This document shows, one piece after another, positions 40,701-52,964 of a stretch of 64,000 bases of DNA. The notes under the pieces are model-generated. The model was not told the DNA's origin, searched no databases, and saw only the letters and a program-made list of their open reading frames with translations. The translations under genes and the position numbers were made by a program. Numbering within the stretch: position 1 is the stretch's first letter; each line of letters opens with the position of its first letter. Source of the stretch: Trichoplax adhaerens (taxonomy: Eukaryota > Animalia > Placozoa); assembly GCF_000150275.1 (NCBI RefSeq), contig NW_002060987.1, positions 1 to 64,000 on the forward strand. The letters run 5' to 3'.

Positions 40701-43700
40701 ATAGTGCCAATGAATGTAAATTCGGATTATGCGACAGTAATACCTGTATGTAATCGCTAATAACATCCAGAGGGTTATTGCCGACGTAAATAAACAAATC
40801 AATGATACCTCCAGTGATGTAATATGTTATAGCTGGTGCTGGAGTAATTTCCACTTCTGTTGATTAAATTGATAACATAGAACGAGTCGATTAAGTGTAA
40901 ATGCAAATAAATCATTCACTGTACTGTATCTAAACTAGCGTATTTCAGTCATTTACAAAAAAAATTCTATAGTAACGTAGTTATTTAGTTATTGTAAAGC
41001 TATAATGACCCAAAGCATTGCTATTTAAGAGGAAAATGCCATTGGAATTGCCGTCGTCATCTTCAATGTTGAGATAAAATGGATGTACTCCGTATAAATT
41101 TTTATCAGCCTAATTATACAAAATACAAAATTTAATTTAGTCATCGTGAATATATAGCGGCTTTTGTGCTAATGTCACAAAGTTAAGCAAATAGCAGTGA
41201 TTAAGGAATTAATTCAGTACCTGAGGTTGGTTATTAGCCGAGAACATCCCCCATCGTTTCCAGTTAAAATTTTGATGTTTTAACTGTTGATGCTGATGCT
41301 CTCCGAAACCGTATAAATCCGTAGATTGTATCTTTGTAGCAAATTGAATATACTGGTCCTCAAATACCAGGTTGGCCAGGCTGGTATCAAATCTAATAAA
41401 GTAAACTAGTTAACCAGACTTCCTCTAGTCCCAATAACTATTTTTACATAAATCAATTGTGTAAAGAACGCAGCAGAGTACTTGTAAACAGTGCTATCAT
41501 ATGAGATGATGACTTTTATTACATCTCAGTGACACTGTAATAATTCTTAATATCCGTTTTAAGCGCGAATTTTACAGTTGATGAGAATGGGCAGTCATGA
41601 AAATCAAAGGCTATATCTTCAATAAAGTATCATAGCAACCTTTAATTACTCAATTGCAAATGCTTACAGTATTAGAAGATATGAGAGCAATAACTTTTAA
41701 GACTTACACAACAGCATTGGTCGATTTTCTAGTAACAGAAATAGAAAATGGGAATTCTTGAACTTCAACTGAATATGCCGGTTCTAAAGGAGCTTGTGTT
41801 TTGTTCCGATTTAATCCTGGTAAATCAAGTGGAACCGTATATCTGGCACTGTTTGCATCGAATATCTGATAACGAAGATAGTAATAAATTGCTTATCACC
41901 CATACCGTACTATGCATTTTCTGGTAACTTAAGACCAATATAAGTATGGATACAAAGATAGCGTAGTAATGTGATATGTTAGTTATTAGTATAGGGGAAA
42001 CTTACCTTTATTCTTAACCTCGAATTTGTTTGATAGTCGATATCAAGAATTAGATAATGAATTGCAATACTGTACATTGTTGATGCCTGATTACATCGGG
42101 TAAGGTAAGCTTTGATGCCATAGTTTGTTTTTTCCGCTGCAGCACGATAATGCGAATAATTTGCGGGATAAAAGCACCACGGTGCTCCTTTTACCTGAAC
42201 AGGAGACCAGCAACATCCATTTTCTTCACAAATTTGTTGATTTATGCTGCTGGAAGTACAATCTATGCGCTTGTTTACTTCAACATTTGCGCAAGCTTGG
42301 CTTCGTTGCCATGAAGATGTGCAATTATTTGTGGGGAAATGTGTAGGAATGGAAGAAGCGGTTGGGGCTAATATTTGTGTAGATGATAAGTCATTATCGA
42401 CTAAAGTTGAAGACGAGATAATTTCCGAAATTGTGGTCGAATGTAAGCCGATATTTGAAGGCGAATTCAAAACAAATGTAGCCGTTGGACTTAAATTTTG
42501 CGTCAAGAATAGATTCGAATCTGATGAGACAGAAGGTAAGATAACTTCCGGGGTATGATGAGGCGAAACAGGAGAAGACTCCACTGTTAGTATTTCGGAA
42601 GAGCGTGATTCAATTTCTGTTAGATGGGAAGAAAAAGAGGCACTTTCCGCAATTGTGGGAGGGATCAAGCTACTAACTAAAGGTGAATTCCAAACCGAAG
42701 ATCCGGATGAATTCAGAATTTGAGTAGAGGACAAGTCCGCATCCGTCAAGGTTGAAAAGGAGTTAACCTCCAATAGCACAGAAGAGTACAAACTACGGCT
42801 TAAAGGAAGGTTCAACATCGACGATGTTGTAAATGGATTCTGGCTTATCAATGAATCAGTATCACTTAATGCAAAAGAAGCCGTTTCTGAAGTAAGACTG
42901 GATGAAAGGCTGGAACCAGCTAAAGCCGATATTAGAGATGAGGGCAAATAAGTATTTACCAAAACTGAAGAAGAGATTGCTTCTGATATTATAGATGATG
43001 TCGGAGTAAAATTTCGTGTTGAGAGTGAGTCAGTATCAGCTAAAATAGAAGAGAAGAAAATTTCTGAAGTAGAACTGGATGAAAAAGAGTAATCAGGTAG
43101 AGTTGGAGAGTATAAGTTAGTACTTGATAAGACTGAAGAAGAATAGATTTCCGAAGTAGAAAGAGATGAAAATATTGGTACTTGTGTAGACGATAAATTA
43201 TTATCTATAGAAATAGAAGAGGATATTATTTCTAAAATTTTCGAAGAAAAGCTACTGCGTAATGGTAACTCAGAAGATCCAGACGGCGTAAATTGTTGGA
43301 TGGAGGATAAATCGGTATCTACTTTTGCTAGAGACGAAATAGTTTCTGAAGTAGTATAAGATGGAATCGATGAAATAATTGGAGGTATTTGTGTTAGTTT
43401 AGAAGACAGATTAGAGTCTACAAGAATAGTTGAAGAGAAACCTACTGTAGAATCTAAGCTTACACTCATGTATGAATTCCAGGTTGAAACAGTAGATAAG
43501 ATCAATGCCGGTGTAGAGGAAAAATCAGTATCTTTGGAAATCGAGGAAGTGATAATTTCTGAATTTTTTGATGAAAATAAATTGTTAATTGAAGGCAATT
43601 TCCAAGAAGAATATGTCGGAAGCAATTCTGTCGAAGATAAACCGTTAGTCTCGACGTCGGAGTTAGAAACAAGTTTTGATATTGCCAGTGAGCTTAAATT

Positions 43701-46054
43701 GTAATTGTTAGTCGTTACTAAACTTAAAGACGCAGCTTTGGTTAATATATTTGAGGTGATCATATCAAATCCTGCGATGTTAGTATGAGATGTAAAAGTT
43801 TGATCTTGAATAATTGAAGATAGGGTAGATAACGATTTGCCAGTTAAAGGTGCAATATTACTAGACATTTGATTTACTGTTGGAACAGATCCTTCGCTGA
43901 TAACTAGCACCGACGTAGATTGTATACTGTTGATCAATGACGTTGGTTGTATTGAAGGAAAACTGCTGATAGGCTCGAAATTCGGATGCGATGAAGTACT
44001 AAAGGACAACCGGTAAAAGCTAGAAAATTTTGACTGTTGAGGAGTCAAAGGTATAAAAGTTGAAGAATGAGCGGCGGTGGTGCCAATATTCTCTTCTTTG
44101 CTAATGATAGAGGACATTAAATCTGTTCTTGATAACTCTTGAAAATACAAGCTAATAGAAGATAAAGTAGAACCCGATGGCTCCTTGCTAGTGAAGGAAG
44201 TTATTGAATCGAAACTAGTCAAGCCTTGATTTTTGGTCAAAATCAGAGTTGTAGGAGAAACTGAATGTTGTCTAGAGGCTATAGTATGATAGCTATAGTA
44301 CTCTGGCATTGATTGAAAATTTGTATTAATTCGAGATAAGGTATTGGAGCCCACATTTTGTGAAACAGTCTGCGATAATAATGAATTTGAAGGTATCTGA
44401 TCGCTCTTGTAGCATGGCATATTGCTATTCATTGCATTAATTGTATTGCAAGATTGGACTTCGGTCGATAGAATCGATGATCCTGCTATGGTTGAACTTT
44501 GATGAATTGAAGTCGTGTAGGATGCAGTTTGCTTTATTTCTTCATTTGAATAACTTTGCAGAGAAAATTTCGATGGTACTATAGTTAAGCTGGTAGCGAC
44601 CACAGAAGGCCTTTCTGTTCCATAATTAAAACTTGAATATGTGACCGAATTTTGCTGCAGCGTTTTGGAAATTTGATCGCTTGTTACAATAGAAGCTGAC
44701 ATGCTTGGGTTGTCTAGAGAATTTTGCTGCTTAGTTTCTGAAATGGTAACTTGTTTGGATGAAATATCGCTAGTATCAGGTGCTGCTCCTAGAGATGTGG
44801 ATATTTTTGTTATTTGTGACCTTAAACTTAGTACATCTGTTGACGATATTTCATACTGGTTGTCGTTCATAGAAGCAGACCTAGTTGCAGTTGAGATTGA
44901 ATTGATCGCACCTCCAGACATCGACGACGGGAACGCTACAGTGCTTAAATCTTCCTAGATTGATACAATTATATAGATAGTGCTTAGTTCTTTTGCGATT
45001 GGGTTCTAGGTTCAATCGTTAAATAGCTATATTCCTAAAAGTTAGAATGTCTGTTAGCTTCTATCAAATAACTGACTTTAAAAATTTATAGTTATAGAAA
45101 AAGTGTGCTAGTTGTTGATTTAATTTCAGACTGGATATCGGTTATGGTCGATGAAGCCATTCAAAAAAATTGTTGTTATATATCTAAAAAATTCTAATCT
45201 GATTTTTTAGTAATCATAGCTAAATACCGTATATACAATAGCAATAAATAATTTAGTCTTGTACCTAATAAACAGTAGTGATGTTTCAAGCTTTAAAGAA
45301 GAATTATTTATGAGCGTCTAAAATATCGTCCATTGTCACAATGTGCTATCTAGAATAGTGTTAAGCAGGATACAGAATTGGCTCTTAATTTGATTAAATT
45401 GTTAATCTTGAGGGTAATTGTTGTGCATATGATTTCTTGCTTAGATATCATTAGCATACCCGAAGCTCGTATGTGCATATCATAATAATTGGTTATGCCA
45501 CTATTCTGGCATATATACTTAAGTTCTATTTTCGTTATAGCAATTAAATCATACATTATCGTAAACTTTTATAGCTTCTTGCTAGTACTTTTATTGGGTA
45601 GGAGATTAAGAAAAATCGAATAACATATGATAGTACTGTAATTATTTTAATAATTAATGGATATGAATGTATTAAATACTATCATTCTGATACAATATAG
45701 ACCGTTAAAATGATATGACAGTAATCTTCACTATGGCTTGCTGAATTTATATCTGATAAATACTTACTAAAATGTATAAAGGCTACTTCTTATTATATAT
45801 AAATCTTACAGTCGAAAAATACCAACCTGTTTCAATGTTGTTTTAAGTGACTGGTAAGAAGAGGGTACTGTTAAAAAAGCTGAGTCCGTAGGGGATGTAG
45901 TATCCACAGGCAATTGCGTTCCTGTTAGAGCTTGAAATTCCAACAAGTTTGGTACCGAGACGTAAGCAATCGGTACCACAAAGATGGTAGTAATGGTAGC
46001 TACAAATGCTACGCCGATGAGTAGTTTCATAGAATTATTCATAAACAACTTCAT
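34767..46054 (-). CDS. Sucrase-isomaltase/maltase-glucoamylase-like type II membrane protein: signal anchor, Ser/Thr mucin stalk of about 900 aa, trefoil + GH31 domain 1 (degenerate active site), trefoil + GH31 domain 2
   Basis: Anchor [22 protein letters not shown] in exon 45828-46054. Exon 42006-44955 is S/T-rich and ends in a trefoil (RIDC...CEENGCCW...PWCFYP). GH31 motifs [29 protein letters not shown] (domain 2), HWLGDN, GADICG. Large exon 35906-39410; last exon ends ...NFTLTWL* at 34767. Confidence 0.93.
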
Positions 46055-49000
46055 TTTTATTCTGCTGCTGGTGTAGAAGTGATATTAATAATGATTATAG
46101 AAGACTTTAGGAATACATCAAAGTTTGCAAAGTGATTACAAGGGCCTTCAAATTTCGCCTCTAATCTTTAATCATGTTGATGGTATGTTGATCTAGGAAC
46201 GATTATGATGATGGAAATTCGTATCTCGAAATATTAGTAACGAATGTTACGGATAAGGCACGTTTGCTTCTATTGTTTATGGCATAGACTTTATATACGG
46301 ATAATCCAAGCAAGTACACTCTTAATTATTTACTTAGTATGTTTACATTTGAGCTTACGTGCTACATTAAAAATAATGGTGGGTAGGGTTAAAAATCAAT
46401 TACGGTAAGGAAAGAATAATAATTAAGTTTTGATCCTTTACTACCATAATTTGTATGGCTCAATCAGATCTATGTTACGAAGTCACATATTGTCCGGGTA
46501 GTGACTAGGAAGCGTATACAGTAAGATAATCTAGATGTGAATGTTCTTTCGATGCATTGCTTAATGCAAAATATGTTCCCATTCATTTGAACGAGTAATT
46601 TACTAGTAATTTATAAACGCTCAATCTTTCATTCTCTTACAATTCTTGGTAACACTTCCAAGTCTTCCATAATGGAATACATTTATAATATGAAAAATCA
46701 TTATAGAAAGTAGATGGCATATTACTAAACCTTGGCAATGTCTTAGTTGTTAGCACTTGAAAGTTCTTACTATAGATACCTTCAGATCTTTCTTATTTAA
46801 GAAATGCTATCATTATGATAGTATATAGAAATTAGTTTGTGTTATGCAATATAATATCTAGGCAATTTTGCTCATTATTCTATATCTGATCACTGCTATT
46901 TATTAGCTAGCCACAATAGGTAAGCTTCTAAGAAAGTATTGATTTTTCATGGTTTGTTTGTAGATAGATGATATTTTACAATTTGTCTAAATTTTAGATA
47001 TTTTGCAAGTATTTATTGTAAATACTGGAGAAATTCTTGAAGTTTGAGATAGTTATTGAGCTCCTAGGGTATGGAATTGGAACTGATTGCATTAAAGAAG
47101 GCTAAGTATGAAATACTGGAAATTTTATCTGTTTTCTTAAACGATGCCAGTCGTTGTTTATTAGTTACTTATTATACCGTGAATATACATTTTTCCATAG
47201 GGCAATTTAATTGCTTGGCGTTAGGGTTTGTGTATGCGGTAAAAATTCAGATTGGAATGTTATAATGATGAATCTATTGCTGTAATAAATAAAGCATATC
47301 CTCTACATGGGAATATTAAATTAGTTCGTTAATTACTTTAATTATCTGATTCTAAAAATGTAATTACGATGGTCATTTAAGTTAACTATAAAAGAATGTT
47401 ATAAGTATAGTAACTATTGCGTAATAAAATTAATTTCAAATTTACTTTCTTTCAGAATCTGATTAATTTTACTATGGTATGAGTCAACCTTCTAACACTA
47501 TGGTATTTTAATTGAAATCTCTATCATAATTTGTTATGCATACTATATGGAAGTATCTTTAGTATAAAATCTAGGTACACTACAAATACCAAATGTAGTA
47601 TGCGTGTCTCTGGAAAATTCTGAGGCTATTCTTAAAATACCAAGATATCTTTAAATTTGTTATTTCTTTATTATATTCACTTAATATGACTCGTACCTGT
47701 ATATATTACAATGCATCTCATTTTATTTTCATTAACTACGGAATGTATTACGAAATTCACTGAAAGTAAGTTAAGAATTTCTGTTATTAAATAATTCTAA
47801 TGTTAATGTGCATACTGTACAGTATATAGAATTAGAATTATTTACGTATGAGTAATTGTAAAGCGCAGGAAGTGACTATCTTAAACAATAGAAAATATTC
47901 AAAGGTATGCTAGTTGTTTAGCGGATATTTTATTGTAAACGATTTTTTTATATGTAAAGTAAAACTGTGGAATGCTTGTTATAGAGATGAAATATCTATA
48001 GCTAGTTGAGTAGTAGATGTTGGACACACTCATATTAACTAATAATTATGAATAAACATTATATGAGTATCGTTAAAGTTTTCTAAATTACATGGCACAG
48101 ACTTATAAGTTTAGAGGAATTGAAAAAGCCTGAATTTAAATTGAGCGAAGTGCGAAGAAAATTTGTATACTCATATTTGGTAATATGGGCATGATATACG
48201 GTAATTAGATTTAACATATATTACAAAATGATTTGTGTTCGATTTTATATAAAATTGTCTGAAGCTATCATAAATGGCATGTTTGTCTTCGTTATCTTTC
48301 TAGGGGCTACGTTGTCTATTTCTATGAATATTATATTGTACTTCAATTTACCGCTTATTAAATTATATGCAATAAAGCATTGACTACCATGTACATCTTT
48401 ATACTTTTGAGCTAATTTCTTAGGCAGTTAATGACGAACTAGCCCATGGAATGTCAAAACATTACAGAAAGTTGTCTCCAAATAGACTTTTAGTTATACG
48501 ATTAGTCGCTAGTTGACTTATAAACCATGAATTCATCATATCTTGGATCTACTAATAATGCAAGGGAATATTATTAAAAGAATTTAGCCTCGTCTGTTTA
48601 TTGTGCGAAAGTGAATATAGATATAGGAATAATGGAAAAGCTCTCATTGGAAGTTAATTCGCGCTAAATTTGAATCTTTTAATAATTATTGGCATTGTAG
48701 ATGAAGTAGATCATATAGCGTGAAATTGAGTGTTGGATCAGTAACTGGTCATTCCGATCGTTTTATCATAACTAATTAAAAGAGTTGTCGTAGTTGCATA
48801 ATTATAGCTTGAGTACTTTTTTACAAGTAGGATTAGACATCTAATAATAAGGTGACAAATGATGTTTGATTATAGTGCAAATTTTCAGTCTTAAGCGTAC
48901 AGTATATCGTAGCTTTGCAGATTTAATTTCTCTGACAAAGAAATTACAATACTTTAATTCAGGCATCACTTGGCATCAAGCTGGAATAGAATTGCATTGA

Positions 49001-49714
49001 TAGACGTAATACACATTAGTGTAAAATATAACTAACTTACTGACATGATTAAGGTGATCACTCTATTTATGTCAGTAGCCTTGGTTGTTCAATGCAATTC
49101 GAGAGTTTGGAACCATAAAATTCTGCATTGTTTATTAAGATAATTTTAACCATTTACGTACAAAGTAACGCTTACAATAATTATTTTTTGCATGTTATTT
49201 ACTACGGGTGTAAAATTTCAATGAAATTAATAAGCAATATACATTATCGGGGCTTTTACAATAGCATCTTGCGTAGTTACAATATCTTCTGAAAATATCA
49301 GAATAGTCAATTTAGTGGTAAAACTACAAAAGCTTACACTAGCGAGAAATTGATTCGTTATACTCGTGTATGTCAGCTAGAACCCAGTTTATTAATTGCA
49401 GTATTCAGTAATGCATAAAGCTAGAGCATATTTTTAATATAGCATTAAGTTTAGCTATGATTTTACGTCTTATTAATTAATTTTTAGATCAGCAGCTAGG
49501 ACAGTTTCACCCATTGATATTGCTTAGTAGCCTGTATCTAACTGATGACTTGGTACGCATTGAATATAGCACAGCGCCATATCGCAGAAAGCAGCTTATT
49601 CTTATGTTTAGAATAGGACAATCTCCACCGTGGAATGAAATTGATAGAACTTATGGCACAATTAAATTATCATGTTAAATAGTATTTACGAATTTCTTTA
49701 CAATGCCGCCATTT

Positions 49715-51829
49715 TTAGCGGATATCAGTAGGCCATTTGGTATGGAAGGGTTGAGATTTGAAAGATAGTCCATTAGAAGGCCTTGAAATAACATCATCAT
49801 CTTCACAGCAAAAGACGATTACACTTGGAGTTGTAGCTGTACCTTTATGAAGTTCATGTTCTTCACCAGGAGCTAACTCCGTTACGGCTGTCAGCAACTG
49901 ATAATCAACATGTGGCGCACTTTCAGTAATAGGTTCCCAATCTATCGGTGGTGATGTCGGTGGCGATAATAAATACTGTTTGGTTGGCGTTGGAGGGCGT
50001 AAGTAACGGTCTTCATCGGATACTTTTGGTACCTGGGTTTTTTATAATATCACGTTAACATAGTCCGCAGTATTGTAAATTTGTAGCGTCATAAATTTGT
50101 CAGAAAATGACTGCAGACTGTAATATGGTATTAACTCGTAGAGTATAAATCGGCTTTGATATATCTAGGATAAGGATTGTTATTTAAATACAGCCATAAT
50201 ATAAATCTGTTACCTGTATCAATATGACTTTTATTGGTTCGCCATGAAACGGTATTTGGTGTAGTTTTGCTTGAGCGATTTCGGCATTGTTTCTATTTTC
50301 AAAAGTGACTCTTACTTTCTTGAAATTTTTCAAATAATTAAATCTGATATTGTTATCCACTGTTCTGAAAAGCTGTTCAAATTCTCTCTGTATATTAATA
50401 AGAATACAATATAAGAATTTCATCTCATGAAAAGGTATACGAGTATTTTATTACTTCCGTGGTAGTGAACGGTAATGGATAACTGGAAATTTCTAAAATT
50501 AGGTATTGATGCCACACGACCGAAAAAATCTCTGATTTAAGTAACAATCTACGCGTATTCATCACTACTACTTCATTTTCAATTCACTGGGATAATGTTC
50601 TGCTCATACATTCAAGAAGAGATGTGGAAATGGATTATAAAATAATACAGCATGTAGTAATATAAAATTGATTTATAACATTAGTTGTAACGATCACTGC
50701 TACGATGATAATATCGCTGTATAACAAAATAATACCAGGCTAACGTATTAATTCAAAAGATGTTATCATTAAAATACAAGAAGAATCAGAAGACAGTGAA
50801 ACTCTTCCTGCAGTATATTAACGACTACAAAAGTCGAACGGAATTCAACGCAACATCAAGTGATGAAATAGTTTCGAACTTACGCGTAATGTACAATAAG
50901 TGTACATGATGTATAGTACTACACTTTTCGTTATCTATGTTCAATGATGTTGACATCATGATGATTATTTACTGTAACAACAGTAACAAAATGAATCATG
51001 AATTATAACATTTTAGTCCATGCATCATTCTAACGTTAAGTCAATCATGGCTAACGAGAATAGGGTACTGTAATCTATTGGCGTTCATTTCATTTTATAT
51101 AGGGAAATACAAAATCACTCCTATTTCATTGCACTACATCGGCTATGCAAAGTCAGAGTCACTTGCTAGTACTGACAAAAATACTGTTGCATGGTTAAAT
51201 TACTTGTGGCAGCGATTAAGTCAAGTACTGGACGTGTACAGCATTGGCAACTTTATTACTGCAGAACGGAATCCCAATTTCTGAATAATCCAGTAGTCGT
51301 ATAACGAAAGAATTTTAGTTTATGCATTATTTCATGCAGGCAAGATTGTCAACGAACATTTGATAAAGCCGAAGATGGATCGCTTGAGTCAGTCACTAAT
51401 TAATTGTACTGTATAATAGTGTACATATAGTATAGCAGTTTAACTATTTCAACGCATATCATTGTTGATGCCGGATTCTATCATCAAATTGAGGCTCCAT
51501 AGCAGTGATTTCTACAGTATTTTGCTCTACGGTACCATGATCCGATTAATGTAATATATCATACAAAATGGTGGAAAAATATTGACGAGATTGGATTACA
51601 GACGTAACCACATAATCGACAGCAAAGTCTAGATGGATAACACTTAAAATCATCAATTTACAATGTTGATGATTAATACCTTTAAAGATAGGTCTTGGAA
51701 GAAAGCATCTGGTAAATCAGCGATAGATAAAACGGTTTGATTTTCGGCTTGTTCGTGTTGCGAAAAATCATCTTTTACAGCGTCATCATTCACGTTTTCA
51801 TTGGTAGTATGATTATAATTATCTAACAT
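49715..51829 (-). CDS. RCAN: Regulator of calcineurin (calcipressin), 3 coding exons, about 213 aa
   Basis: Exons 51680-51829, 50214-50387, 49715-50032. RRM-like FNYLKNFKKVRVTF, LRPPTPTKQYLLSPPTSPP (FLISPP motif), ELHKGTATTPSVIVF (PxIxIT-like). Confidence 0.93.
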
Positions 51830-52121
51830 GGCTAATTGAAAACAATATCAATATGATATAGTGCTATGGTTGATTTTGAATCGATCAAAAAATGATAATG
51901 TGTACGTATTCGTATGTTATGCGCATCGACAGGGTGATACAAATATATGGAAACGCTTTGCGGTTTTTTGTATGGATAATGTTTGCCCAATTTTCTTCGC
52001 TTCAAATTGTGCAGCCAGTTTAGAATTTTCTACTTGAATCCGATCAAAAGCTTGGTGGATGGTCTCAAGCAAAGTTGTTTACTACAGTAGAATGTACACT
52101 ATACTAAGAAAAAAATCATTC

Positions 52122-52242
52122 GAGTACTGTACAGTACAGTACTGTAGTTCTTGCTTTACCTCTACAGTACTGTACAGTTTGTATTTCATCAACATACTGT
52201 ACGTACTGTACGGAGGAACAAGGCCTACTGTACACTGTACAG
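52122..52242. repeat. ACAGT/ACTGT cluster between the RCAN 5' end and tRNA-His
   Basis: Repeated TACTGTACAGTAC units. Confidence 0.8.
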
Positions 52243-52300
52243 TAAGAAGAGTGGATAGGAATTTTTTAAATTGTCTATTTTTCCCTCTTCCTTCAACTTC

Positions 52301-52372
52301 GCCGTGATAGTATAGTGGTCAGTACTTTGCGTTGTGGCCGCAAAAACCCAGGTTCGAATCCTGGTCACGGCA
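52301..52372 (+). tRNA. tRNA-His (GTG)
   Basis: GCCGTGA/TCACGGC acceptor stem, D-arm TAGTATAGTGGTCAGTACT, anticodon stem TTGCG-TTGTGGC-CGCAA, T-loop GGTTCGAATCC. Confidence 0.97.
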
Positions 52373-52379
52373 TTTTTTT
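52373..52379 (+). terminator. Pol III oligo-T terminator of tRNA-His
   Basis: T7 run directly after the discriminator base. Confidence 0.85.
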
Positions 52380-52716
52380 GCATCAAGCGTATCGTACGAT
52401 TTTTTACTGTCCAGCCATGCGGACGTACAGGGTACAGTAACTGATACTGGTACTGTACATTTACTGTACTGTACTGTAGTAAACAACTTTTGTTGAAACC
52501 ATTCACCAAGCTTTTGATAGCCACTACTCAGGGACTACTCCAAAGAAGAGAAGGACATTTTTTGCAGCTTTCGGCCGTGTCCCGCCCTTTCTCTTCTTTC
52601 GAGTACAATATTTTTAATAATTGATTGTCGGTGTGAATATTTTTCAAATAATTAATTATAAGCTTTTTCGAGACTTATAACATTACAGTCAGTATTTTGG
52701 AAATCAGATGAATCTA

Positions 52717-52765
52717 CGTACAGTACAGTACAGTACAGTACAGTACAGTACAGTACAGTACTGTA
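52717..52765. repeat. Perfect (GTACA)n microsatellite upstream of the orphan membrane-protein gene
   Basis: About 8-9 tandem GTACA units ending in GTACTGTA, about 200 bp upstream of the ATG at 52965. Confidence 0.92.
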
Positions 52766-52964
52766 GAATCAGAACTTTAGAATTTAGAACTTAGAATTTG
52801 GTACTGTAGCAAATCATCTTTGCACTGTAGACTGACCATGCCGAACGGTGAGGTGATTTGGATACGACAGATTAACTTGATTTCACTCGTACAGATCATA
52901 GCTTGAAAAATAGATTCCGTTTTCGGTAGAGCATACAATATTGTCAAGATTCTATATTTCAACG

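Noticed and set aside
41979-44921. 980-aa ORF as a standalone mucin
   Set aside because: It splices in frame to the upstream signal-anchor exon and the downstream GH31 exons.
46100-49400. 3.3-kb AT-rich intergenic stretch searched for transposon ends or hidden genes
   Set aside because: No terminal inverted repeats, long ORFs or recognisable exons found by eye.
50388-51679. RCAN first intron as a U12-type intron
   Set aside because: The donor is GTATTAAT, not GTATCCT, and no TCCTTAAC branch site is seen.
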